64,000 nucleotides of DNA, taken from positions 145,454,001 to 145,518,000 of the forward strand of contig CM059432.1 in the NCBI GenBank assembly GCA_030390025.1, written 5' to 3'. Under the pieces are notes generated by a model that worked only from the letters and a program-made list of their open reading frames with translations, had not been told where the DNA came from and searched no databases. Shown piece after piece: positions 10,959 through 24,000 of this stretch; position 1 is the first letter of the stretch; the number at the start of each line of letters is the position of its first letter. This DNA is from Squalus acanthias (taxonomy: Eukaryota). Position numbers and translations under genes: made by a program.

Positions 10959-13252
10959 AATCATAGAATCATACAACACAGAAGGAGGCCGTTCGGCCCA
11001 TCGTACCTGAGCTGGCTCTCTGAAAGAGTTGTCAATTAGTCCCACTCCACTGCTCTTTCCCCATTGCCATGCATTTTTTCCTTTTTAAGTATTTATCCAA
11101 TTCCCTTTTGAAAGTTACTATTGAATCTGCTTCCACCACCCTTTCAGGTAGTGCATTCCAGATCATAACAACTCGCTGAGTAAAAAAAATTCTCCTTATC
11201 TCCCCCCTGGCTTTTTGCCAATTATCTTAAGTCTGCATCCTTTGGTTACCAACCCTCCTGCCAATGGAAATAGTTTCTCCCAAACTACTTTTTCAAAACC
11301 CGTCATAATTTTGAACACCTCTATTAAATCTCATCTTAACCTTCTTTGCTCTAAGGAGAACAATCCCCAGCTTCTCATGGCCCTCCACATAACTGAATTC
11401 CCTTATCCCTGGTGCCATTCTAGTAAATCTCCTCTACACCCTCTCCAAGGTCTTGACATCCTTTCCAAAGTGTGGTGCTCAGAATTGGGCACAATACTCT
11501 AGCTGATGTCTAACCAGTGATTAACAAAGGTTTACTTTAACTTCCTTGCTTTTGTACTCTGTGACTCTATATATAAAGCCAAGGAACACATATGTTTTTT
11601 TTAAACAGCTCCACTTGTCCTGCCACCTTCAAAAAATTTTGTATGTGAACCCCAGGTCTCTCTGTTCCTGCACCTCCTTTAAAATTGTACTATTTACTTT
11701 ATATCGCCTCTCCTCATTTTTCCTTCCGAAATGCATAGCCGTGGCTCAGTTGGTAGCACCCTTGCCTCTTAGTCAGAAGTTTGTGGGTTCAAGTTTCACT
11801 CCAGAGACTTGAGCACAATAAATCTAGGCTGACACTCCAGTGCTGAGGGAGTGCTGCACTGTTGGAGGTGCCTTCTTTCGGATGAGACGTTAAACCGAGG
11901 CCCTGTCTGCTCTGCCAGGTGGACGTAAAAGATTCCATGGCACTATTTCGAAGAAGAGCAGGGGAGTTATCACTGGTGGCCTGGCCAATATTTATCCCTC
12001 AATCAACATCACTAAAAAACAGATTATTTGGTCATTATCACATTGCTGTTTGCGGGAGCTAGCTGTGCACAAATTGGCTGCTGCATTTCCTACATTACAA
12101 CAGTGACTACACTTCAAAAAGTACTTCATTGGCTGTAAAGCGTTTTGGGATGTCCAGTGGTCATGAAAGGCGCTATATAGATGCAAGTCTTTCTTTCTCT
12201 GCATTTAATTTAATCTGCCATGTGTCTGCTTATTTCACCAGTCTGTCTATGTCCTCCTGAAGTCTGTTACTATCCTTCTCACTATTTACTACATTTCCAA
12301 GTTTCATGTCATCTGCAAAATTTGAAATTATACCCTGTAGACCCAATTCCAGGTCATTAATATATATCAAATGGTCCTAATACCGACCCCTCGGAGACAC
12401 GACTCCATACCTCCCTCCCATCTGAAAAACAACCGTTCACCACTACTCTTGGCTTTCTGTCCCTTAGCCAATTTCGTATTCACGCTCCCACTGACCCTTT
12501 AATCCCATGGGCTTCAATTCTGCTAACAAGTCTATTATGTGGTACTTTATCAAACACCTTCTGAAAGTCCATATGCACAACATCAACTGCTCTATCTTCA
12601 TTGACCCTTTCTGTTATTTAATCAAAGAACTCATTCAAGTTAGTCAGACATGATTTACTTTTAAAAATCCATGCTGGCTATTGTTTATTAATCCATGTTC
12701 TTCCAAGTGACAATAAATTTTGTCTTAGATTAGTGTCTCTAGAAGTTTCCCCACCACTGATGTTAGGCTGACTGGCCTGTAGTTCGGGTTTATCTCTCTC
12801 CCCTTTTTTAAACAGGGGTGTAACATTTGCAATCCTCCAGTACTCTGGCATCACCCCCATAACTAAGGAGGATTGGAAGATTGTGGTCAGAGCTTCCATT
12901 GTTTCTATCCTTACATCCCTCAGCAACTGAGGGTGCATCCCATCCGGACCGAGTGACTTTTCTACTTTGAGCGCTGCCAACTGTTTTAGTGGCTCCTCTT
13001 TATCTATTTTTATCCTATCCAATATCGCTACTGCTTCCTCCTTTACTGCTACTTTGGCAGCATCCTCTTCTTTAGTGAAGACGAATGTAAAGTACTCATT
13101 TAGTACCTCAGCTATTCCCTCTGCCTTCACAAGATCTATGTTTTGGTCCCTAATCGGCCTCACCCTTTCTTTGATTACCTTTTTATTGTTCATGTGTTTA
13201 TAAAAGACTTTTGGGTTCCCTTTTATGTTAGCTGCTAATCTATTCTCATACT
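10959..13252 (-). mobile_element. 5'-truncated CR1 LINE interrupted by a SINE
   Basis: ORF 12678-13370 carries RT-upstream motifs ([23 protein letters not shown]); CR1 3' tail at ~10960-11000. Confidence 0.88.
11737..12198 (+). mobile_element. tRNA-derived Deu-domain SINE (SacSINE1/AmnSINE1-like)
   Basis: A-box gtggctcagttgg, B-box gggttcaagt, central gatgagacgttaaaccgagg...cactatttcgaagaagagcagggg, L2-type tail aaggcgctatatagatgcaagt. Confidence 0.85.
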
Positions 13253-13391
13253 CAAGGTGTTTAAAATGATAAAGGGATTGATAGGGTAGATACAGAGAAA
13301 CTATTTGCTTTGATGGGGGAATCCCATCCAATTGACAGATCGATAGACTTTTGTTGGGTAAGGGTGTCAAGGAATATGGACAAATGGCAGG

Positions 13392-16300
13392 TCAGCGAGT
13401 CAGCAGAGAGTGCTGTGAGTTTGGGTAAGTGTGAGTTCGGGTGAGTGGGGTGTAGGGTGCTCTTTTCAAACTTTAACTCTGTGGGTTGTAGTTAATAAGG
13501 CCTTTCTGGTGCAGAGTGACTGTTGGTAAACCATTTAACTGGTGTAATTTAGAGGGATTGATTTAATTTAAATCCAATTAATTAAAGGGGATACTAGCAT
13601 CTATAATCGGGCAGAGAGTGTCCATAACTAACAATAAAAAATGTAATTAATTACATAGAATGGAGCAGGTGATGTGTTACTGTTGCGAGATGTGGGAACC
13701 GGTGGACCCCATTGAGGCTCACGGTGATTACATCTGTGACAAGTGTCTGCTGCTACAGGAACTCCAGCTCCGTGTTGATGAGCTGGAGTCTGAGCTTCAG
13801 ACACTGCGACACATCAGGGAGGGGGAGAAGTACCTGGACTCTGTGTTTCAGGAGGTGGTCACACCTATGAAGTTAATTAATTCAGATGTAGCCCATGGTC
13901 AGGGACAGGACGGTGTGACTACGAGTGAGGCAGGTACGGGGATCCAGGAGGTAGTGTTGGAGGAGCCGCAGCCCTTGCTCTTGTCCAATAGGTTCGAGGT
14001 TCTTACTCCCTGTGGGGACGGGAGCAGGGACTGCAGGGAGGATGAGCAACCTGGCCACAGCACCATGGAACGGGGGGCCATTCAAGAGGGGGGAGTAAAT
14101 AGAAATGTTGTAGTGGTAGGGGATAGTATTATTAGGGGGATAGATAGAGTTCTCTGCAGCCGAGAGCGAGAGTCCCGTAGGCTGTGTTGCCTGCCCGGTG
14201 CCAGGGTTAAGGACATCTCCTCTGGGCTGGAAAGAAACTTGCAGTGGGAGGGGGTGGATCCAGTTGTCGTGGTCCATGTTGGTACAAACGACGTAGATAG
14301 GACAAGGAAGCCGGTTCTGTTAAAGGAGTATGAGCAGCTAGGGGTCAAATTAAAAAACAGAACCTCAAGGGTAATAATCTCTGGATTATTACCTGAGCCA
14401 CGAGCGAATTTGGCTAGGACAAATAAAATTAGAGAGTTAAATGAGTGGCTCAAAGACTGGTGTGGGAGAAATGGGTTTTGCTTCCTGGGACACTGGCACC
14501 AGTACTGGGGCAGGAGGGAGCTGTTCCGTTGGGACGGGCTTCACTTGGCCAGTGCTGGGACTAGAGTCCTGGCGGATCATATAACTAGGGCTGTAGAGAG
14601 GGCTTTAAACTAACTAGTGGGGGGGAGGTTCCTAGAGAGCAAATAATAAAAATGACAACAGAGAAGGTCATAGACTTAGGTAGCAGTGGGGAAATTAAAA
14701 ACCAGAGTGTGTCAGGAAGGAGCAGAAGGTATGGAGTAAAAGGTAAAGTAATAAAAAGGGCAAAAGCAGGAACTAAGTGTCACAAAACATATTTGAAAGT
14801 TCTCTATCTGAATGCACGTAGCATTCGTAACAAAATAGACGAGTTAATGGCACAAATAACTACATATGGGTATGATCTTGTGGCCATTACAGAAACATGG
14901 CTGCAGGGTGAAAATGCCTGGGAATTAAACATACCAGGTTATTTAACGATCAGGAAGGACAGGCAGGAAGGAAGGGGAGGTGGGGTGACTATGTTAATAA
15001 AGGAAGGAATCACTGTAATACAGAGAAATGATATTGGGTCCAAAGATCAGGATAATGAAACAGTTTGGGTGGAGATAAGGAATAATAAGGGGAAAAAAAC
15101 ACTAGTGAGCGTAGTCTATAGGCCTCCGAACAGTTGCAACTCTGTTGGACGGAGTATCAATCAGGAAATAGTTGAGGCTTGTAATAAGGGAACATCTATA
15201 ATTATGGGGGATTTTAACTATCATATTAATTGGACAAATCAAATTGGGCAGGGCTGCCTTGAGGATGAGTTCATTGAGTGTATTAGGGATGGGTTTCTTG
15301 AGCAGCATGTAACTGAACCGACCAGGAGGCAAGCAACCTTAGATCTGGTCCTGTGTAACGAGACAGGATTAATTAAAAATGTCCTAGTAAAGGATCCCCT
15401 TGGAATGAGTGACCATAACATGGTTAAATTCCATATTCAATTAGAGGGTGAGAAGGTTGGATCTCAAACAAGCGTGCTAAACTTGAATAAAGGAGACTAT
15501 GAAGGTATGCGAGCGGAATTGAGTAGAGTGGATTGGGAAAATAGATTAAAGGGTAAGACGATACATGATCAGTGGCGTACATTTAAGGAGTTATTTTACA
15601 ACTTCCAAAATAAATATATTCCACTGAGAAGAAAAGGGTGTAAAAGAAAAGAGTCATCCATGGCTAAGTAAAGAAATTAAGGATAGTATTCGACTAAAAA
15701 CAAGGACTTATAAGGTAGCCAAATCTAGTGGGAGGATAGAGGATTGGGAAAACTTTAAAAGACAGCAAAAAATAACAAAAAGATTGATTAAGAAAGGGAA
15801 GATAGATTATGAAAGTAAATTAGCAAAAAATATAAAAACAGATAGTAAGAGTTTTTATAGTTATATAAAAAGAAAAAGGGTGGCTAAAGTAAATGTTGGT
15901 CCCTTAGAGGATGAGACCGGGAAATTAATGGTGGGAAATATGGAGATGGCAAAAATACTGAATGAATATTTTGTATCAGTCTTTACAGTAGAGGACACTA
16001 AGAATATCCCAACACTGGACAAACAGGGGGCTATGGGGGGGAGGAGCTAAACACGATCAAAATCACTAAGGAAGTGGTACTCGGTAAAATAATGGGACTC
16101 AAGGCGGATAAATCACCTGGACCTGATGGCTTACATCCTAGGGTCTTGAGGGAAGTGGCGGTAGGGATTGTGGATGCATTGGTAATAATTTTCCAAAACT
16201 CCCTGGACTCAGCAAAGATCCCGGCAGACTGGAAAACTGCTAATGTAACACCCTTATTTAAAAAGGGCAGTAGACAGAAGGCTGGAAACTATAGACCGGT

Positions 16301-17822
16301 TAGCCTAACATCTGTGGTAGGTAAAATTTTGGAGTCCATTATTAAGGAGACAGTAACGGGACATTTGGATAATCGTAATTTAATAGGACAAAGTCAGCAT
16401 GGTTTTATGAAGGGGAAGTCATATTTGACAAATTTGCTGGAGTTCTTTGAGGAAGTAACATACAGGGTGGATAAAGGGGAACCAGTGGATGTGGTGTATT
16501 TAGACTTCCAAAAGGCATTTGACAAGGTGCCACACAAAAGATTATTGCTTAAGATAAAAAATCACGGGATTGGGGGTAATATTCTGGCATGGATAGAGGA
16601 TTGGCTATCTAACAGAAGGCAGAGAGTTGGGATAAATGGTTCATTCTCAGACTGGCAATCAGTAACTAGTGGTGTTCCACAGGGGTCAGTGCTGGGTCCC
16701 CAACTCTTTACAATCTATATTAACGATTTGGAGGAGGGGACCGAGTGTAACATATCAAAGTTTGCAGATGATACTAAGATGGGAGGGAAAGTAGTGTGAG
16801 GAGGACATAAAAAATCTGCAAGGGGACTTAGACAGGCTAAGTAAGTGGGCAGAGATTTGGCAGATGGAATACAATACTGGAAAGTGTGAGGTTATGCACT
16901 TTGGCAGGAAAAATAGTAGAGCAAGTTATTATCTAAATGGCAAGAAACTGGAAAGTACTGAAGTACAAAGGGATCTGGGGGTCCTGGTGCACGAAACTCA
17001 AAAGGTTAGTATGCAGGTGCAGCAAGTGATTAAGAAGGCCAATGGAATGTTGGCTTTCATTGCTAGGGGGATAGAATATAAAAATAGGGAGGTATTGCTT
17101 CAGTTGTACAAGGTATTGGTGAGACCGCACCTGGAATACTGCATACAGTTTTGGTGTCCATACTTAAGAAAAGACATACTTGCTCTCGAGTCAGTACAAA
17201 GAAGGTTCACTCGGTTAATCCCGGGGATGAGGGGATGGACATATGAGGAGAGGTTGGGTAGATTGGGACTCTACTCATTGGAGTTCAGAAGAATGAGAGG
17301 CAATCTTATTGAAACATATAAGATTGTGAAGGGGTTGGATCGGGTGGATGCGGGGAGGATGTTCCCGATGACGGGTGAAACTAGAACTAGGGGGCATAGT
17401 CTTAGAATAAGGGGCTGCTCTTTTAAAACTGAGATGAGGAGGAACTACTTCACTCAGAGGGTGGTAGGTCCATGGAATATGCTGCCCCAAAAAGCTGTAG
17501 AAGCTACATCATTACATAAATTTAAAACAGAAATAGACAGTTTCCTAGAAGTAAAGGGAATTAAGGGTTACGGGGAGCGGGCAGGAATTTGGACATGAGT
17601 CTAGGTTCGGATCGGTCATGGCCCTGTGGGTAGCGGAGCGGGCCCAGGGGCCGTGTAGCCTGATCCTGCTCCTATTTCGTGTGTCCAATTCTGTTAGATT
17701 CAGGAGATGGTTCTGTGATAGTAGATTGGCGGTTAGGATCAGATCAGCCATGATCTTATTGAATGGCGGAGCAGGCTCGAGGGGCCAATTGGCCTACTCT
17801 TGCTCCTATTTCTTATGTTCTT
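13392..17822 (+). mobile_element. Near full-length CR1 LINE nested in an older CR1 3' fragment (13253-13391 / 17823-17862)
   Basis: Intact ORF1; ORF2 in four pieces (14652-17598) separated by frameshifts; the host ggcagg|taaatggagtt resumes after the tail. Confidence 0.95.
13660..14613 (+). CDS. Intact CR1 ORF1p (Zn finger, leucine zipper, SGNH esterase), 317 aa
   Basis: CYCC...CDKC, LQELQLRVDELESEL, and all SGNH blocks (GDS, G, GTND, DGLH). Confidence 0.88.
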   Translation: MEQVMCYCCEMWEPVDPIEAHGDYICDKCLLLQELQLRVDELESELQTLRHIREGEKYLDSVFQEVVTPMKLINSDVAHGQGQDGVTTSEAGTGIQEVVLEEPQPLLLSNRFEVLTPCGDGSRDCREDEQPGHSTMERGAIQEGGVNRNVVVVGDSIIRGIDRVLCSRERESRRLCCLPGARVKDISSGLERNLQWEGVDPVVVVHVGTNDVDRTRKPVLLKEYEQLGVKLKNRTSRVIISGLLPEPRANLARTNKIRELNEWLKDWCGRNGFCFLGHWHQYWGRRELFRWDGLHLASAGTRVLADHITRAVERALN

Positions 17823-17929
17823 AAATGGAGTTGTGGTACAGATCAGCCATGATCGAATTGAATCTTTTAAAAATTGATGTTTGAATATTTATTTTTAAGG
17901 ATATATGCTATTTCTCCAGGATCACTCAC

Positions 17930-18005
17930 CAGCTTTTTTGGATGTTGCCGCTTGCATAAATTCTTCTATTTCATCTTCCACATCATATAATTGAATTTGT
18001 TTGAC
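17930..18005 (-). CDS. NME8: NME8/9-like coding exon 6 (76 nt, acidic linker after the Trx domain)
   Basis: ttttaaccag|GTCAAA...GCTG|gtgagt; open and in phase with the previous exon. Confidence 0.75.
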
Positions 18006-21000
18006 CTGGTTAAAAATAAAACAAGTATTTAATCCCTTATAACATGACAGAATTCGAGAAGCAATGACCAAGCTAAATCTTGTCACAGTCTCCTGGATTT
18101 GGTTGGATGGATCTGGTAACATGAAAGCTTCATAATGTGGAAATCTTCACTTCTACGGTAAGAGACACCCCATTCCAGGTGTTGTTTGCAGGTCATCCTG
18201 TAGGACATGGTACAACTATGGACTTCCTTCCTTGTGATGCAGATGTGATAAAGACAGGTCCATGTCGAGGGGTTTACAAAGAACTCAGGGTAGTGATGGG
18301 CATGGGCAAAACAGGTCAGTGTCGTTGTACCTCCATTTGTTGATCCCTCATGAACTCGTCTAAATTATGTAACACCATTGGGCTCCTAAAGGAATTCCTA
18401 TCTAGTTGGAAAAAGCCCCAAAATAGCAGACTAACCAGCAAAACCAACTAATGCAGAGAGCTAAATGCAATTGCAATTATTAACTTGCAGTCAATGTAGA
18501 CAATTTAGCTTTAGTTTTTTAGCATTCAGCAACAGTATAGCAGGTGCAGCACCCCCAAAAAGGTGATAACCTTTGGTAATAATCTACCAGTTATGGTAGT
18601 AGAGACAAAAAACATCAGAGTCATTCAAATTGAGAGGGTGGAGCCAAGTGGTCTTTTCTGGTGCTTAACTTTTTCTTATATATTTTTTTAAATGTTCTTA
18701 ATGCTACTCTATTCTATATCAGAACATGTGTTTTCAATTAAAAGTACTTAAAAGTTAGATGTTTTTTCATAACTACAATAAGTTGTTGATAAAACTTACT
18801 TCTTGACGTTCAACTCCTTTTTCGTAGAATTCGACTTCCTCCTCCAAAAGTGCAACAATTATTTTATTAATAACCGGTGCGTTGACACCCTTCACGTAAT
18901 CCACGATCTTACCAGCCTGACAAGAAATTTAATTTAACATTTCATAATTCAATAATTTTTTTAAATAGCTATCAGTATTTTTAACTCACCACAATGAATA
19001 TGAAGGCAGGTTCACACTTTCCTTCAAATCCTTTTAACAAGGGGATGAGACTAGCTTGAACCTAGGAAGTAAAATTAAAAGTTGTAACAAGTAACACCTG
19101 CATTAAATGCAGCATTTTTCAAAATAATCTTTTTTATACTTTGCAAATACTCACTGTATGAAAATGTAACAGCTCATCCCCAAATTCCATTTTCAATTTT
19201 CTGAACATACTTAAGATTGCTTTACATGGTCCGCACCAACCTTGATGAACATCCACTACTGAAATATTGCACAATAGGTACAGTAATTTATTTGCAGAAC
19301 AACATCCATCAGCTAATTAATACTAGACCTCCAGTTATTCTATTAATTCTAGATATAAATTACTGCTAATTAATAAATAAATATTAGAGAAGCAGCACAG
19401 GCAATGTATCGAGACTGTGATATGTGGGAGTTTGTGGAAAGCGAGACTGTCTCGGATTGCTACATCTGCAGTAAATGTCATGGCCTGAGACACTCTGGCT
19501 CGACACACTCTGGCTCAGAGTCTTTGAACTGGAGTGCGAGTTAGAGACACTCTGACAGATAAGGGAGAGGAGGAATGTTTGGATAGTTTTCTCCAGAGTG
19601 CAGTCACACCTCAGAGGAAAGCACAGGTGCAGGAAGGGGAAAGTGTGACCATTAGTCAGCAGGCTAAGGGGAACCAAGGGTAGATAGAGAAAGAGGTCCT
19701 GCAGGCACTGGTCCTGTCCAACAGGTACAATGTAATTGCTACCTGTGAGGATAAGGATGGAGGCTGCGGGGTGCATAGCTAGAATGCTAACCAGGGCACC
19801 GTAGAGCAGGAGGCAGTCCAGCGGGGTGGGGGGGGGGCAGGAGGTGGGTGGAGGGGTTAGAGCAGAATAGAAAGGTTGTAGTCATAGGGGATTTGGTAAA
19901 TAGGAAGATAGATAGCACCTCTGCAATCGCGACCCAGAGTCCAGAAGGGTGTGTTGCCTACCTGGTGCAAAGGGAAAGGATATTCCAGAGCAACTGGAAA
20001 GGAAGGGGGAGGATCCAGTGCTCGTGATCCATATTGGGGCCAATGACATAGGGAAGAAAATGGAGGAGGAGCTGCTAAGGGAATATCAGAACTTAGGAAC
20101 TAAATTAAAAAACAGGAGTTCACGAGTAGTAATTTTGGGATTACTACCTGAGCCACATGCTAATTGGCTTAGGCAGATCAGGGAGGTGAATGCATAGTTG
20201 AAAGACTGATGTGGGGAGGAGGGGTTCTATTTCATGGGACGCTGGCACCAGTACTGGGACAGGAAGGAGGTGTACCAATGGGATGGGCTCCACCTGAACT
20301 GGAGTGGGACCAGTGTCCTTGCGGAAAGGATAAACAGGGACGTCGATAGGACTTTAAACTAGTAAGATGGAGGAGGGATCTGGTGAAAATAACATAAGTC
20401 TGAAGATAAAAGAAATAAGAGTGAGAGTAAAGGTCAGACCAAGGTAAGGAACAAGGGTAACTTAAATGGCCAGGGAACAAATAAAGTTATAAAACAGAAG
20501 TATAAAAGGACTGTTAAAAATAAAGTAAAAGGGACAACTGTGAAGTCAAATTAAACTGCCTGTACAGCAATGTATACAGCATTCAAAACAAAACGGGGGA
20601 ACTGGAGGTAATAATCCAAAGCGAGGAATCCATAGCAAGTATGAATAACTGACACATGGCTACTTAAAGAACAGGACTGGCAACTAAATATTGCAGGTTG
20701 AAACATAATCAGAAAGGATAGAGAAGGAAGAAGTGGACGGGGTAGCTGAACTAATTAGAGATAACATAATGGCAGTAGAAAAAAGGGACAGAACTAACAA
20801 GGTTAGAAACAGAATCCATATGGATTGAAATAAAAGATAAGGGATCGATCATGCTAATAGGGGTATACTACAGACTACTTAATAGTGCGAAGGAAGTAGA
20901 GGAAGAAATATGTAAGAAAATATGTGAAATGAATAAAGGACATAGAATAATAATCATGGGAGATTTTAACTACCCCCAAATAAACAGGCAAGAAGAGGTA

Positions 21001-24000
21001 GCGAAAGGGGTACAAGGAATAGAGTTTCAACAATGCATGCAGGACTCCTTTCTTACCCAGAATGTGAAAAGCCCAACAAGAGAGGGAGCACTGCTGGATC
21101 AAGTAATGGAAAATGAACCAGAGCAGATAAGAGAAGTAAATGTAGGGGAACACCTAAGCAATACCGATCACAACATAATAAGGTTTAAGATAAAGGTTGG
21201 GAAGGTATAAGTAAGACAAATACCAAAGTAATAGATTGGGAACAGCTGATTTTAAGGGGATGATAATGGAACTCGGCAAAATAAACTGGAACGATTTACT
21301 GATAAACAAAGAAATAGAACAGCAGTGGAAAACATTTAAAATGATCAATAGAGTCCAGGAGAAATATATCCCACTAAAAAGCAAGAACAAACGAGCCAGT
21401 AATGACACACCATGGATGAATAAAGAAATAAAAGTAACATTAAAACAAAAGAAAAAGGTATACACTAAGTACATCGACAACAAAGGACAAAAGGGAATAC
21501 GAAAAGATTAGTAAAGAAGTCAAAAAACAATTAGGAAGGCAAAGAGAAACTACAAAATTAAATTATCAAGGAATATAAAAAAAAGTTAAGTATTCTGCAG
21601 ACACATAAATAACAAAGGAAAAAAATCAGGATAGTGATAGGGCCACAAAGGGATACACATGATAAACTCACAGGTAATGACACCACAATGGCAGAAATAT
21701 TAAATAATTACGTGGCCTTGGTATTTACCAGGTAGACTAACATGGTGGACAATACAGTGGAAGAAAAATTCAAAAAAGATATAAAGACATTTTAGATAGA
21801 AAGGGGGGAGATAATTAATAAACTAATCAAACTTAGAGAGGATAAAACCCCTGGCCCGAATGGATAGCATCCGCGCATATTAAAACAAGTTAGGGAAGAG
21901 ATAGCAGAGGCACTATTACATATATATAAAAAAATAATTAGAAAAGGGAATAGTGCCAGAGGGCAGGCAGACAGCTAATGTGATCCTATATTTAAAAAGG
22001 GAGATAGAACAAGTCCAGGGAACTATAGACCAATTAGCTTCATGTCGGTGGTAGGAAAGATAATGGAATCCTTGCTCAAAGATGTAAAAGAAAACATCTA
22101 GAAACTGAAAATATAATAAAGAATAGTCAGCATGGATTTCAAAAGGGAAGGTCATGCTTGCCCAACCTTATTTAATTCTTTGAAGAAGTAACAGTAAATA
22201 AGGGTAATGTTTTAGATGTAATATATTTAGATTTCCAAAAGGCCTTCGATAATGTACTGTATAGTCGACTCATGGCTGAGGTCAGAACATGTGGAGTCAG
22301 GGGATAAGCAGCAGAATGGATAGCAAGCTGGCTACAAAACAGAAAACAAAGAGTAGGGGTTAAAGGTAGTTAGACTGGCAAAAAGTGGGAAGTGGTGTTC
22401 CACAAGTATTGGTGCTGGGACCACTGTTGTTTATCATTTGTATAAACGATTTGGACTCAGGAATCGGAAATACAATTTCAAAATTTGCTGCTGACACCAA
22501 AGTGGGGGGTATAGTTAATACAGAGGAGGTCTGTGACAAAATACAGGAAGATATTAATAAACCTGCAGAATTGGCGAGTAATTGGCAAATGAACTTCAAT
22601 ATAGATAAGTGTGAGGTGATACATATTGTTACGAAGAATAAGGAGTCCACATAATCCTTGGAGATAGGGTAGAGAAGCAGAGGGATCTGGGGGTACAGAT
22701 AGACAAATCACTAAAAGTAGCGATACAGGTTAATACTGCCATAAAAAAGCAAACCAAGCACTAGGGTTCATTTCTAGAGGGTTAGAATTGAAAAGCAGAG
22801 AAGTTATCTTGAATTTGTATAGAACCTTGGTTAGACCACACCTGGAGTACTGTGAACAGTTCTGGTCTCCATATTATAAAAAGGATATAGAGGCACTGGA
22901 GAAGGTGCAAAAGAGATTTACTAGAATGATACCAGAACTGAGAGGTTATACCTATCAAGAAAGATTGAATAGACTGGGGATCTTTTCTCTAGAAAAGAGA
23001 AGACTAAGGGGTGACCTGATAGAGGTCTTTAAGATTATGAAAGGGTTTGATAGGGCAGACGTAGAGAAGATGTTTGCACTTGCAGGGGTGACCAGAACTA
23101 GTGACCATAAATATAAGATGGTCACTAATAAATCCAATAGGAAATTCAGGAGAAACCTCTTTACCCAGAGAGTGGTTAGACTGTCGAACTCGCTACCACA
23201 AGGAGTAGTTGAGGCGAATAGCATAGATGCATTTAAGGGGAAGCTGGGTAAACACATGAGGGAGAAAGGAATAGAAGGAAATGTTGATGAGGTTAGATGA
23301 AGAAAGGTGGAGGAGGCTCGTGTGGAGCATAAACACTGTGACAAGAATCTTGTCATTCATGTATGAAGTAATACTGGGCCGCCTGCTGGTGGCGCTGTCC
23401 AGGGAGAGTATAAATACTCGGGCATGGGCCCAGCTTGCTTAGGACATTCCTCAACAGGAACTAGTGCAGGACACAACTAGATCTCCATGTTGAAAAACAG
23501 TTGATTAAAGCTTTGTTTAACGCTTAGACCAAGTGCCTAGTAGTTTTCTTATGTCACACTGTCCTGGACCTGTTGGGGTGAATAGCCCGTTTCTATGCTG
23601 TAAATACCATGTAATATTATGTAAAAGCAGAGATCCTGTGTAATAAAGAACAGCAAAGGGATACAAAGAAAGTGGCATGAACTGCAAAAAGGGAATACGA
23701 GAAAAAGCTTGTGAGGGATATCAAGGACTGCATTAAAGGTTATTACGAATATATTAAGAGAAAGAGGGTGGCTAAGAGTAATGTGGGCCCCTTAATGAGA
23801 GACGCAGGTGCTATTGTAATTGGAAATCAGGAAATGGCATACTTACTAAATAGCTACTTTGTATCAGTCTTCACAGTAGATTATGAGGATAAAGTATCAG
23901 AGATACAAGGAAAACTAAAAACTAAATTAAGGGGAGGAACCAACTAGATTTAATATGAGCAAAAAAAAAAATGGTGATGGAGAAACTAATAAAATTAAGG

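Noticed and set aside
11737..11815. tRNA gene
   Set aside because: The A/B boxes are the head of a SINE; no convincing cloverleaf, and it continues into the Deu domain.
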